Origin: a virus
Taxonomy: Duplodnaviria > Caudoviricetes
Strand: one strand, 5' to 3'
Length of the DNA: 64,000 bases
IMG/VR virus record: IMGVR_UViG_3300043105_000102
Coordinates: 91,945-155,944 of that record
Shown here: one piece after another, positions 11,701-20,694 of the stretch
Layout: each line of letters opens with the position of its first letter
How positions within the stretch are numbered: position 1 is the stretch's first letter
Made by a program: the position numbers and the translations under genes
The notes under the pieces: generated by a model
Told to the model about the DNA's origin: nothing
The model's input: only the letters and a program-made list of their open reading frames with translations
Databases searched by the model: none

Positions 11701-12290
11701 TGGCCAATATTGATACTATACTCTTGGCCGCTATAAGCAGTATAAGTATAAGTAGCACTTGAAGAACCAGTAACTTTTACTGTATAAGTAACTAAAGTAT
11801 CCATTGTGGCGTTTGCCAAGAATGTTACATTAGCATCTTGCTGGTAAATAAAAGTCATGGGGAAATCGCCCACAAGACTTAAAGTAATGGCCGCACCAGT
11901 GCCGCCGCCACTTTCTCCTCCACCGGAACCTGAGCCTGAACCTGTACCACTAACGGCAAGTAAAGTACACTCAATGCCATCATCATCAGAGGCTAAAACT
12001 CTATAAAAGCTGCCATCCACATTAATGATTAAATCATCTTCTTTGGGACGTGCAGAAGAATCATCCAAACTGTCCCAACTCAAGCTATACGTTCCTTCAG
12101 GATTTTCTGTAACGCTTAAAGCAGAAGCATAAAACAAAGAAGCACCACTACCGCCCATTACAGTACGCTCATTGTTAGCGTCTAAATAAATCTTACCAGT
12201 ATCAGTAGCAAAGTAGACATATCCTTCGGAATATTCCTTCTGGTTAATGACTTCATCTGTACCTCTAACTGGTCTAAATTTAGTTGCCAT
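5772..12290 (-). CDS. Giant multidomain tail/adhesin protein (anchor, LamG-like, CotH-kinase-like, InlB-B-like repeats, BspA-type LRR)
   Basis: 2172 aa. LamG-like (MYIYLNG...LYKLRIYKATLS), CotH-like (QGTSS..YPRRNFK, KADYMDSS, YDSRGKN, WYPIYYDIDTQLG), YDFIGW/YRFVGW repeats, C-terminal IGxxAFxxC repeats. Confidence 0.8.
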   Translation of the reverse strand: MATKFRPVRGTDEVINQKEYSEGYVYFATDTGKIYLDANNERTVMGGSGASLFYASALSVTENPEGTYSLSWDSLDDSSARPKEDDLIINVDGSFYRVLASDDDGIECTLLAVSGTGSGSGSGGGESGGGTGAAITLSLVGDFPMTFIYQQDANVTFLANATMDTLVTYTVKVTGSSSATYTYTAYSGQEYSINIGQLLYSGTNKITVTATGENSGSATKSYSSRQSITLALQSSADFNPLQVFSKAKPCTFACMPVGGIEKTLRIYVDGILTVSETVAASINSRTYQVSIPEQTHGAHDIEAVLSANVNGVEVKADSLTYELAWEEDGNTSPIVWIPNGYESSVVNYTDVTLQYMVYDPTADVCETHFYREGVELATSPQNLAYSSTSYLKWTITDYEVGANTYTISVGSSLKQITLYVEEDTSRDMNIITSGLVLNLDSSGRSNNENKTSRQTWEYTNSSDIKTSTTFNNFNWYNNGWITDSEGKSCLRISNGASISIPVTQLSGILNSKVLNTSLAFEFRFKVRNVKEYATLISRTGDADAEDTIASMETNVGVFGKLYGAMGFCLGTQEAYFASQDKVVSARYREDETINLTFVLEAPSAQNNYPLMYIYLNGIMSGISSYNSSSDSFISNANAITFNSDYCDVDLYKLRIYKATLSSADVVHNYIADIKDVNQYDMNQIVSYQNNLPIIDYNLMLEYNVQHPSSPIMPYAVVKTVDADDKLPYVKGGKKAVSVSFRNPTLDYMYENGLISDLDYITSCPSYDYYSTGKSLDVQGTSSQGYPRRNFKFKAKQDGAEWTYTNGPCAGQSLMDGVEIDDKTYKYWYMDNKGIGESTFCWKADYMDSSRAHNSGFASYVSSLYSKHPLQDYGVSDVTGLRTTVYGFPMIVFQEKQDGSIEFVGMYNYNLDKGCKDTYGFTNGGESFVKDSEGNNLTFKKTAECWEFTNNQGLRCSFTKTDFEETNDTYTKATLSSITYEPDIYYTSSNGNYVLATGEFNENETYYSRVIGPLTVNNDFEYRYSASADDIDDCLDGAGDFASMSQSDRNEWMLEKYKNLREVCDWIKSTENDKAKFRNEFALHFDPEYCYIYFITTELLHCYDSRGKNLMLATWGPQKEGGNYIWYPIYYDIDTQLGINNSGVPTWDYNVEPTEANLFSTSNSVLWANLWSEFGDQIKAKYASMRKNNLDIEHLNGYYNFDPEVSKSIAMQGKRPIVLTNVDEYYKYIAPTFTGFINTSGVLTYDSGSFFYCLQGTRELMRYLYLRNRINYVDSKWYGGPYETTAAKTEFWARMDGSYGAATSDRFLYNPELAGQTYTDDAGIEYTYTDTYPVALDATPNFEVRSYLQQYIHGQYDETHTSPVKCDGKTSVTINANDDLLQKYKDTANVTQQLVYFGGGEYIADMGDLGLKYLDELHIPTLKRLESLKVGSDVEGYFNDQLNSNNFSLTDSAYTASGEVNENAKSLLKEVVLTGLRKMDGSIDVTGSEKLESFRALNTSITGVTLADGVQIKTLHLPSTVTTLSLTEPIALTKIIESQKPAASDEGLFIEGLTNESGDTDLTNIETKINTINVIGGNLGYGSYKLLKTATDIKKAMQQKEQVSDGYTKALSINLEDVVWSPYTAVQYGEPYDSGKSYWYDDGRYTLTANYKPSGDSWDTDTLNGKVYEYTAGLEFNTIQTLDLFKTYIDSYKTAYEKYEADGDRSLNYFQNTSATASAPTIPNITGIVYVDNNSGDAYDEADIQNEYLTYFPNLTIFCGKVKEGYLAQFVTVADNGAETIVETQRISTSVSDAKVALPQVTPTRINYDFIGWANASGRVLTDEEIQECAFSDTITKYVFYAVFEKHRYTTSYCDTQGNVLTTVETVYGERLTAPSLLPVTDESSLGDYERYRFVGWVVDQSDCFQKSISAANNVVVDIESITAQNVNRVFYACFVLEDPRLSATDDKYFSFNLTTYSDGSDSSYNFANGAGYQVAPAAGYQLQGKITIPATYNGLPVISVVGFDNQENLTHIFWYGTPQLRLIGASAFQDCRKLVYYQFTSGLRQIGQSAFSGDSALKTFEFPQTLAVIDQYAFNGALQSDTQVEQLLIPGEVNTVGQFAFAYLNNLANGIKLLSIGDSAHSSKLSTIGRNAFSQNTGTPIQDVVTYGLSESMKQYFNDSEYINYTGTISHL

Positions 12291-12322
12291 ACGGTATCTC
12301 CTTTCTATCTTTTATATAAAAA

Positions 12323-12352
12323 GTAGGGCGGAAATAGAACTTCCCGCCCTAC
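12323..12352 (-). terminator. Stem-loop with T-tract (terminator or leader hairpin)
   Basis: GTAGGGCGGGAA...TTTCCGCCCTAC followed by TTTTT on the minus strand. Confidence 0.55.
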
Positions 12353-12389
12353 GTCTCTAGTAAGAGTAAAAATTAAATCGCGTTAATTA

Positions 12390-14078
12390 TCAAAATGTGC
12401 CCCAGACCATATCAATTTGAAGTCCCGCAGCCTTAGTAGTGCCGCCACTTGCAGTAGCACGGTTATCATTATCAGTAATAGATAAAGACTCACTACTTAA
12501 AGTAAAATTGCCAGCTTTGGAGGTGGAAGAACCAGCGGAGTTCTTTGTGGTCACAGTGGATTTGATAACGCCAACACTAGCTGTACCAGAAGTATAAACG
12601 CTTGTATCATAAGCGTTAGAATCAACGGCGCTATTGGTATCGGTCACAGTATAACTAGTTGTTTCAACCCCAGTAACATGGCCGGCGCTATCTACGGTAA
12701 CTCCTGTAATTGCCGGAATAGTTAAGCTACTGACTTTTCCTTGTGTCTGAGCAGTTCCAGTAGTATTAGACTGAGTAACTGTCTGGTGAGAAATCTTTAA
12801 AGATACTGTATCGCCGGAAGCTCCAGAAGTGTTGGTGGGAGTAACAAGGATTCCGCCACTTGTTTTAGTAGAAGCGTCATCACCAACAACTGTTAAAGTA
12901 CCAACGTCGGCTCCAGTGCTACTTCTAAGTTTAATGCCGCCGCCATTAGTAGCAGTAGTTTGTAAGAACTTAAAAGTGGTATCTGTATCGGTCGTAGACT
13001 CAACAATATCGTAAGTTAAAGTGCTACTTGTGATTTTACCAGTTGAATCCTCTGTGCCGCGAGCTATAAGCAGCGTACCTACAGACAGATTCTTACCGCC
13101 ATAAGTAATTCCAGTAGTACTAATTAAGAAGGTATCACCAATCGAAACATCGGAAGTAGGCAGCGCCGCAAAGGTTGCGCCAGTTGTACCTACAGTACCT
13201 CTATATGTCATTGCATTGAGGACTCTTAAAGTTTCATCAACTTCGGCCTTAGTATAAACACTTAAAGTCGCTGTACCATTAGCAAAACTTGCGGAACTAT
13301 CTCCATTAGCGCCATAAGCAATCTTAGGAGCAACAGTACCTGTAACAGTTTTGCCATAGTTATCAGTTACGGTAATTTTAAAACCATCGGTCTGATTAGC
13401 AATAGTCAAAGAGCTGTTCTGAGAATCCTTGGCCGCTATACTAATAACTCCATTAGACTGGCTAATGGTAACATTGTTATTATTCTTTGCATCGGCGGCC
13501 GGGGCCAAAGTTACCGTAGTATCATTGTCGGTATTAGCAGAATTTAACTGAATATCAACACCGGAAGTCGCATTATCGGCGGTGCCTAAAGAATACTTAT
13601 CTCCAGTAATGGTAAGAGTTGTACCTGTGCCGGAAATGGTAACACCATTCGCGCCAACAACACTAAAACTAGCCTCTTTATAAGAATTATCACTAGAAGA
13701 AACTTTATTAGTAACTGTGCCGTCACTAGCTACACTAAATTCATTACCAGAAATCGTTGTATTAGTATTGGCATTGATTTGCACCCATTGAGAGCCATTA
13801 TAAACACACAAGATATTGCTGCCAGACACATAGTAGAAACGTCCAGTATTTGCAACTTTATCAGTCGCAGAGCTAAGTGTGGGTAAATCACTCAGCGAAC
13901 TAACTGTTACAACACCTTCGTTCACAGGCATCAGAGAAGTATCTGATTTACCAATATACAGTCTGTTAGTATCAGAAGTCAGATAAAAGCTACCTTCTAC
14001 AGCACCTGCTTTTGTGCCTAATGCAATAAGTTCATCAACTTTGGATTGTAAGCCAAGTTTAAAACCTACATTTGCCAT
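12390..14078 (-). CDS. Tail fibre protein (562 aa)
   Basis: Thr/Ser/Gly-rich. N-terminal anchor-like motif EGSFYLTSDTNRLYIG; also AMTYRGTVG...LPTSDVSIGDTF and TVDSAGHVTG fibre motifs. Confidence 0.75.
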   Translation of the reverse strand: MANVGFKLGLQSKVDELIALGTKAGAVEGSFYLTSDTNRLYIGKSDTSLMPVNEGVVTVSSLSDLPTLSSATDKVANTGRFYYVSGSNILCVYNGSQWVQINANTNTTISGNEFSVASDGTVTNKVSSSDNSYKEASFSVVGANGVTISGTGTTLTITGDKYSLGTADNATSGVDIQLNSANTDNDTTVTLAPAADAKNNNNVTISQSNGVISIAAKDSQNSSLTIANQTDGFKITVTDNYGKTVTGTVAPKIAYGANGDSSASFANGTATLSVYTKAEVDETLRVLNAMTYRGTVGTTGATFAALPTSDVSIGDTFLISTTGITYGGKNLSVGTLLIARGTEDSTGKITSSTLTYDIVESTTDTDTTFKFLQTTATNGGGIKLRSSTGADVGTLTVVGDDASTKTSGGILVTPTNTSGASGDTVSLKISHQTVTQSNTTGTAQTQGKVSSLTIPAITGVTVDSAGHVTGVETTSYTVTDTNSAVDSNAYDTSVYTSGTASVGVIKSTVTTKNSAGSSTSKAGNFTLSSESLSITDNDNRATASGGTTKAAGLQIDMVWGTF

Positions 14079-14106
14079 TATTTTGTCTCCTTTCTTTTAA
14101 ATATTA

Positions 14107-15009
14107 TTATTCATCGGAAACTAAGTCTTGCCATTTTAGTCTATTATCAATTGAAGTAACTGTCTCGCTCAAACTATCATAATTATTACTTAAATTAGTA
14201 AACGAATTATCCAGTTTAGTGTAATTAGCTCTTAAGTCTGAGACTACTGCTACTAAACCTTGAGTGGCATCTGTACCATTAATAATATCATTTAAATCAG
14301 AAACAGTTTCAACTAATCCTGTAGTCTCTTCTGTTCCATTAACCGTATCCTCTAAAGCCCCAACTCTGTTAGAGAGTTCAACTACATCAGATACATCTCC
14401 TTGATTGGTTATCCAATCGGCAATTTCTTTTAAAGTATCAAACTCCTCGGGAGCGTTGGCAACTATTTTTGCAACTTCATCGGCGGCTATACTTCTAATA
14501 GAACCTGTATCGCCGGCTAATAAAGTAGCAAATTGAGAAGTTGTACTTTCTTCAAATTTTGCTAGTTCTTCGGAAAGTTCTTCAGTGGGGTTCGCCCAAG
14601 TGGCATCCCCTCTTAAAAACAGATTTTGTTCTCCCGCTTTTGGAGTAGGAACTAAGCCAGAAACGCCATTGTCATCAGCAGTAGCTCCAACCATCTCAGA
14701 AACAAGAGTTTGTAAAACGTTTTCCAAAGGACGATTTACCCAAGCTTTTTGAGCGCTATCATAAACGAGCAAAGAATTAGTGGGGATGCCCTCGGAAAGA
14801 ATAACATCAGATAGTTCGTTTAAACTAGTAATGTTAATATCTCCGCTGCCACTAATAAGCTTTTCTCCTAAGTATAATTTACCAGAGAGCGCATTGGCTT
14901 CAGATATGAAGTACAGGGTATCAGAGTCTTTAGTCTCTAAGCTTGCCCAAGCGGTAGGAGTGCCGCGTATAAACTTAACATATCCACCAAGTTGAGTTAT
15001 ATATGCCAA
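14107..15009 (-). CDS. Tail fibre-like protein with C-terminal coiled coil
   Basis: Motifs GATADDNGVSGLVPTPKAGEQNLFLRGDATW and NAPEEFDTLKEIADWI. The ATG at 15018 abuts the RBS, so TTG at 15009 is the better start. Confidence 0.7.
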   Translation of the reverse strand: MAYITQLGGYVKFIRGTPTAWASLETKDSDTLYFISEANALSGKLYLGEKLISGSGDINITSLNELSDVILSEGIPTNSLLVYDSAQKAWVNRPLENVLQTLVSEMVGATADDNGVSGLVPTPKAGEQNLFLRGDATWANPTEELSEELAKFEESTTSQFATLLAGDTGSIRSIAADEVAKIVANAPEEFDTLKEIADWITNQGDVSDVVELSNRVGALEDTVNGTEETTGLVETVSDLNDIINGTDATQGLVAVVSDLRANYTKLDNSFTNLSNNYDSLSETVTSIDNRLKWQDLVSDE

Positions 15010-15071
15010 ATTAACCATCCTCCTTTACTTAAATCTCCTACAGTTCCTGAAAAAACTTTTTCCCAAATTAA

Positions 15072-16817
15072 TCAGCTCTGGCCCAGTCTAATAAGTTCTA
15101 AAGAATATTCTGCATTAGAATAATTTTCATCTGAGGTTCGCAAAGCAACACAATAATTTCCTTCTTCTGTAATGTCAAAAGTGCCGGAACTACTTGTTTT
15201 ATAATCATATATACCGCTGGAAGTTTCATCTTCTAAATTTTTATAAATCAGCAAAGTAATATCAGGAGAAGTCTTTGTCTTTTTAGTAATACTTAACTGG
15301 TATGTTCCAAGAGAGAGAGCTAAATGATAATCTTTTGCGTTAGATAAGTCACTTGAAGATGCTGTAAACTTTCCTTTTAGGCTTTTAGTATAATCGTTGC
15401 CACTGCTACTTTTCCCATTTATGATAATAGAATTTGTACCAGAGTATTTAATTTCTATACCATCTGTCCACTCTACAAAATCATCAATTCCACTAGCTGT
15501 TCCTATTCCTCTATATGGATAAACCAGAAGATTAACATCAGATGGAGTCTCAGAAACTCTTTTTCTATAATCAGGTCTTATAATCAATTCTATTTCATAA
15601 TAATGTTTATCTTCTGAATTGTTGATAAGATTCGACCGATAAATTACACTATGACCATTTCCGCCATTATATCTATAGTCTTTTGCGCCCGTACAATGAT
15701 AATAATATTCTGTATTTTCAGAAACCATTGCAATATGAGAAATACCTTTAAACCGTCTTTTCTGAGTTTCTGAGGCACTGCCTTTTGCCCAGAAAATTAA
15801 ATCTCCCGGACGTAATTCCTCTATTACTGCTTTGGCTTCATCATCACTACCTATATAACCACTACTAGCGTCAAAAATTATATATCCATTCCTATAGAAA
15901 TATTCTGCATAATCCGCTGCAAAGCGTAAGGAGCTTCTTCCAGAATAGCCTATATTACTATAAGCTCCTTCCGGCTGATAATCCAATGCTTTAAATTCCC
16001 AGCCATCATTTCCGTAGTTTAAACTCCAATTATCAGAAGTACCAGTTCTAGATTGGCGCACAGCGCTTAAAGGATGAAAAGAAGATAAACTAAAGCTAGA
16101 AGACAAGTCTGCGTTTAGGAAAGTGGCCTTTGGCGCAGGAATACCCCCAATTAAATTAGAAGAATTTTTATTAAAATCAAAAGCCTCTTGAATAGGTTCT
16201 ATTAAGTCACTCAATTCTTCTCTACTTTTTAACTTATTATTTATGAAATTTTGAATATTACTTTCTGTAATAGCTAAGTCGTTCGTCTTTAAATATTCCC
16301 AAAGTGTTTTATTCAAATTTTCTATTCCATCAGAACCATGATATTGGCCGCAACTTATAATAGGCCACTCATAAGAATCTGTATGAACAAAACATGAATT
16401 TTCATAAGGGATGTTCCGCAAGCACAATCCTATAAAAGCCGAACAATCCAAAAGGGCATAACCATCAGTACTACGAACCATACACATGGCCGAACCATCA
16501 TCATTTTCGGAAAACATATTCTGTGAAGAATATTCAAACTTATCTGTTCCAGATTTTACTGCGAAGTAATAAGAAGCTGCGGCGGCCGCAGCTCTATAAC
16601 CGTAATAATTTGACATATCTTCAACATCATCATCGGGGGAATAGCTATTCATCTTTTGAAGCTTGTTAATAGACTCAATGGCCGCGGGGAAGTTACTCCC
16701 CGCGATACCACCAAGATATTCTTCTGAATCAGTTTTTAAATGAATAGCTTCTAACATATCAACCATAGTAGACTTTTTAATTAGCCCGTATTCTTTGTTA
16801 ATATCTTCTATATTCAT
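15072..16817 (-). CDS. NlpC/P60-family virion-associated cell-wall hydrolase
   Basis: LDCSAFIG (catalytic Cys), LRPGDLIFW, ISHIAMV (His), YYHCTG (third residue). Confidence 0.75.
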   Translation of the reverse strand: MNIEDINKEYGLIKKSTMVDMLEAIHLKTDSEEYLGGIAGSNFPAAIESINKLQKMNSYSPDDDVEDMSNYYGYRAAAAAASYYFAVKSGTDKFEYSSQNMFSENDDGSAMCMVRSTDGYALLDCSAFIGLCLRNIPYENSCFVHTDSYEWPIISCGQYHGSDGIENLNKTLWEYLKTNDLAITESNIQNFINNKLKSREELSDLIEPIQEAFDFNKNSSNLIGGIPAPKATFLNADLSSSFSLSSFHPLSAVRQSRTGTSDNWSLNYGNDGWEFKALDYQPEGAYSNIGYSGRSSLRFAADYAEYFYRNGYIIFDASSGYIGSDDEAKAVIEELRPGDLIFWAKGSASETQKRRFKGISHIAMVSENTEYYYHCTGAKDYRYNGGNGHSVIYRSNLINNSEDKHYYEIELIIRPDYRKRVSETPSDVNLLVYPYRGIGTASGIDDFVEWTDGIEIKYSGTNSIIINGKSSSGNDYTKSLKGKFTASSSDLSNAKDYHLALSLGTYQLSITKKTKTSPDITLLIYKNLEDETSSGIYDYKTSSSGTFDITEEGNYCVALRTSDENYSNAEYSLELIRLGQS

Positions 16818-16819
16818 AT

Positions 16820-19800
16820 TTAGTTACCTCCTTCTGTAATTTCAGAGGTTTCAAAGTTTACCAATCCTTCAAGAGCAGTTTTTAAAGTTGCAACTTCACT
16901 CTCTAAAGCAGTAACTCTATTTTGTAAGGCTTCCAGATTAGCAGGGTCTAATTCCAAAATGCGGCTTTCTAATTTACTTATGGCCGCCAATAAGGAGTCA
17001 GTTTCTAAAATATCTCCTGTGGCACTTCTGGAATAACCTTCCAACTTAACTCTATTTAATCCAGCAGAGTTAATTCTTCCAAAAGAATCAGTCATTAAGA
17101 TTTTATTTGCTTCAAGCTTATCAAACTTAACAAAAATATCATTTAAAGTATTCAGAGCGCCTTGAACCGTTCTTGTGTCTCTGGTTAAAGTATCACCGGT
17201 ATTTAATACCTGGTTAATCTTTAAAAGCAATCCATGAATAGTATTTAAATATCTGGCAAATTCTGGAAGAACGACCATTTCATATTTTTCTTTTCTGGTT
17301 CCCAAAGTCACAGTATTGGGAATAGCCGTAATGTTTGAGTTCCAATATGCCCCCGACTTAAAGTTATTAGAAGTATCTTCTATTACATATACAAAATCTC
17401 TTGAATATAAAGTACCTTCGGGCCGCAAATCAGAAGTGGCTAATTCATAATCGGAAATATTTCCAGAAGAATCGTAAATAGCCTGATAATATTTATACGG
17501 CTCATAATATACTTGGTCTATCTTTTCTAATCCAGATATTGTATAATACCCATCTCTCTTTTTCGTGGTATAATGGTCTAAAATATAGTTTTTATAAGCC
17601 TTGCCATCTTCTTCCACGGTTGCTAAGTAATGATAAAAATGCGGCTCGTAGAAAGACTGCTGGGCCTCAAGCGCCCAAGTTTCAAAGTCAGTTTTAACAG
17701 GAATAGTTAATTTCTGTTCTTCTGTTAATCCAGTATCGTCCTCATAATCATAGTAGAAGAAAGGTGTATTATTCTTTATCATATATCCCCAAGCAAAATA
17801 AGTGGCGGAACCAGTGGGGTCAATATCGGGTCTTGAAACCAATTGGTACTGTAAAATTGTAGTTTGATTTGTGTCAAAGACTGGCGAATAGAAAGTATTA
17901 TCATGATAGTTAATAAGAGTTAAAGGAGTAGGATCCATCTCATATTGGTTAGCGGGCATCGGCACAAGAGTCTCTTTCTTTTCATAATAAGTCAAATTAG
18001 GATTATAATCTCCGCCAATCAAGAGGTAAGTATCACCAGATTTTACATAATAGAATCCGGGTAAATAATCAGAAGCATCAGCAAAAGTAATTACTTCATA
18101 AGATTCTTCTTTAGTAAAGATTTCGCCATTAACTGTAACTTGGCCGGGTTTCAAAGCATAATAGACTCTGTTAGGAACCAAACTTGAACTATTATCAACT
18201 TGATAAGTACCAGTTTCATCTTTATAGTAATACTTTCCGGGAACATAAATTCTTAATTTGGTAGAATTAACGTCAACTATCTTCTTCTGGTCGATAGTAT
18301 AATAATGGCGCACCACTCGTTCTCCAGTTACAGAATCTATATAAGGGTCGTCATTAGTATCTAGGACATAAGCGTCATCTAATAAATAATAGTATTTGTT
18401 AGGTTCATATCCTTCCTCAACCTCATGTTCTGTAACTTCTCCTATTGTATAGTAATCTCTATCAGAATGGTAAGTACTATCTTGTAAGTAGTCCATCATC
18501 TCAGGAGTAGTTGCATAAGGGCTTCCCGTATAATCTTGATAGTAATATTTTGTACCATCAAAGTCAGGCAAATCCTCACTGCCATAAGTTTCATTTTTAT
18601 TGAGAACCTTTATATAATAAGTAGCCCCTTCGGTATACTGTTTAATAGGATTGCCTTTACTATCATAATACAAAAATGAGTCAAAATCTTCCTCAGAAAC
18701 GTCAACCTTTTTATAAGTATAATCAGTAAGTTCCTCAAAGTCATAAGTTAAATGTTTACGCAAATAAGTACTTTCCTCTTGGTTGAAATAGATACGATCT
18801 TCACTCAAAATGCTCATATTTTCTTCAAAATAGTCAGTACTTTCAATAGGAGTAATAATCATACCCATTAAATCATGAACAGAATTGATACACCCGGCTA
18901 TAGTATTAACCTCAGAAGTATTATAAGCGCTTTGGGCTTCATCGTGCCCAACCATACGTAAACCTTTTCTATCTAAAACGCCTTTGGCATTCTCCCAGCT
19001 TATATCTAAATTCCTTTTGTTGGTTTTAGAAATTGTCTCATTGGTATCTCGGCCGCCATATACCACATCCCAAATTTGGGCAATTGTATTTCCAAGAGAA
19101 GGAAGAATGACAGAAAGTTCTTGAGTATCTGGCTCAACCGATATATTAGTGGTACCATCGTGATTACTATAGGTATGGCCGCTATTGCCAGAAGGTTGAA
19201 TTGAAATGGTATCAGCTACTGGGCCAGCTTTGCCCTTTTCGCCCCAACCAGAATACACTTTATCATCACTATAACTAATCTTTTCTGAGTCAAACCCATC
19301 TTTGTTATAATAAATGGCGGCGGGCTGGGGTATCAATATATCATCGTCAGTTAGCGTATCTTCTTTAACCCATTGACCGGTATTAGCGACTTTATCAAAT
19401 AAGAAAATGTTTTTAGACGCCACATTAGTTTTAGAATCAAATTCATTAGCTCTCCAAAAGACAGATTCATCAGAAGGATAATCTTTTGTATCAGTCGTTA
19501 AAGAGGTGTAAGAACCATAATTAGAACCGTCAGTGTTAAGGATAGGCCCTTTCGTATCTTTTGAGGAACCTTTAACTCTGAATCCCCAAGAAGGTTGCCA
19601 GTGTAACTTATAATAAACATTAGTACTGTCTGTATCTAGATGGGGCGTTAGAGGTACTGTAGTGGGGGCATCAGCGGCCAAATCAAAAATGGGGGTTATA
19701 GTATTTAACTCAGCTACTTTCACATACCGCTCTGAACCATTTGAAAAGACCTTTTGCCATACCGTAGAATCATATCCTCGCCCATTTCCATAGAACGCTG

Positions 19801-20317
19801 TATCAATTCCATAGTTCAAAAGATAATCTTTATCAGATTTAGAGATAAATTCAAAGGCCGCATACCCTTCTTCATCTTCTCCTGTACAAAGCCAAAATTC
19901 ATCATTTTCCAAAATTTCATCAACGGAATTTTGAGAGGGCGGAATTATAATAATTAAGTTTTTAGTAACTGTTATACCAGAGATAATGTTACCTAACTTA
20001 ACACGAGTATCAATTTCAGCATTTTTGCTTGTATAAAAGCCTATTTTTAATTCTTTTTCTTCTTCTTCCTCGTCCTCTTGTTCGGTATCCTTATCTTCCT
20101 CTTCTTCTTCCGTACTCTTTTCTTCTGGAACATAGCTTTTAAATAAGGACAAGAAATAGTCTCTATTGGTTGAATTATCATATTCAACCAATACATAGCG
20201 GCCAATCATAATTTTATCTAACCCGGCGCGCAAATCCATCTCATAACGATTAGCATAAAATTTGTCAAAAGAAAAAGTAGTTCTTGCCGTATTGGTTATA
20301 TTGCCGTAAAAGCTCAC
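16820..20317 (-). CDS. Large tail/baseplate protein with Tyr-rich repeats and C-terminal coiled coil (1165 aa)
   Basis: Long ORF in tail module; repeated YEPxxYY...Y motifs; heptad-like C-terminus. Confidence 0.7.
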   Translation of the reverse strand: MSFYGNITNTARTTFSFDKFYANRYEMDLRAGLDKIMIGRYVLVEYDNSTNRDYFLSLFKSYVPEEKSTEEEEEDKDTEQEDEEEEEKELKIGFYTSKNAEIDTRVKLGNIISGITVTKNLIIIIPPSQNSVDEILENDEFWLCTGEDEEGYAAFEFISKSDKDYLLNYGIDTAFYGNGRGYDSTVWQKVFSNGSERYVKVAELNTITPIFDLAADAPTTVPLTPHLDTDSTNVYYKLHWQPSWGFRVKGSSKDTKGPILNTDGSNYGSYTSLTTDTKDYPSDESVFWRANEFDSKTNVASKNIFLFDKVANTGQWVKEDTLTDDDILIPQPAAIYYNKDGFDSEKISYSDDKVYSGWGEKGKAGPVADTISIQPSGNSGHTYSNHDGTTNISVEPDTQELSVILPSLGNTIAQIWDVVYGGRDTNETISKTNKRNLDISWENAKGVLDRKGLRMVGHDEAQSAYNTSEVNTIAGCINSVHDLMGMIITPIESTDYFEENMSILSEDRIYFNQEESTYLRKHLTYDFEELTDYTYKKVDVSEEDFDSFLYYDSKGNPIKQYTEGATYYIKVLNKNETYGSEDLPDFDGTKYYYQDYTGSPYATTPEMMDYLQDSTYHSDRDYYTIGEVTEHEVEEGYEPNKYYYLLDDAYVLDTNDDPYIDSVTGERVVRHYYTIDQKKIVDVNSTKLRIYVPGKYYYKDETGTYQVDNSSSLVPNRVYYALKPGQVTVNGEIFTKEESYEVITFADASDYLPGFYYVKSGDTYLLIGGDYNPNLTYYEKKETLVPMPANQYEMDPTPLTLINYHDNTFYSPVFDTNQTTILQYQLVSRPDIDPTGSATYFAWGYMIKNNTPFFYYDYEDDTGLTEEQKLTIPVKTDFETWALEAQQSFYEPHFYHYLATVEEDGKAYKNYILDHYTTKKRDGYYTISGLEKIDQVYYEPYKYYQAIYDSSGNISDYELATSDLRPEGTLYSRDFVYVIEDTSNNFKSGAYWNSNITAIPNTVTLGTRKEKYEMVVLPEFARYLNTIHGLLLKINQVLNTGDTLTRDTRTVQGALNTLNDIFVKFDKLEANKILMTDSFGRINSAGLNRVKLEGYSRSATGDILETDSLLAAISKLESRILELDPANLEALQNRVTALESEVATLKTALEGLVNFETSEITEGGN

Positions 20318-20319
20318 TC

Positions 20320-20679
20320 TCAGTCACCCCCATCATAAACTATATCAACAATCAAATAAGCATTTTCATTTTCATTGATTGTTTTCATAGAAGTTACGTC
20401 AAATTGAAGGCTACTAATTTGAGTTTGACCGTCCAAAGTTAATTCAAAAATACCAGTAGAACCTATAATAACGCTATCTATAGCATTGTTTAAATAAAAT
20501 TTAGTTCCCGGAAAAGCTTGAATGCCAAGCTGTAAAATGGGGACACTGTCTTCGAAAACTTTGCCACTTACATAATGGTATAAAGTAAGTTGTTCATCTT
20601 CTACATACGAAGGTTGGTTCCTAGAAGTCTCAGAACTACCATCGTTGTAATATCTAAATTGTTTTACTTTTTTCGACAT
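20320..20679 (-). CDS. Hypothetical baseplate protein (119 aa)
   Basis: Coupled ORF with RBS; LGIQAFPGTKFYLN...IIGSTGIFEL beta-rich pattern. Confidence 0.7.
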   Translation of the reverse strand: MSKKVKQFRYYNDGSSETSRNQPSYVEDEQLTLYHYVSGKVFEDSVPILQLGIQAFPGTKFYLNNAIDSVIIGSTGIFELTLDGQTQISSLQFDVTSMKTINENENAYLIVDIVYDGGD

Positions 20680-20694
20680 TCTCCTCTTACTCCT

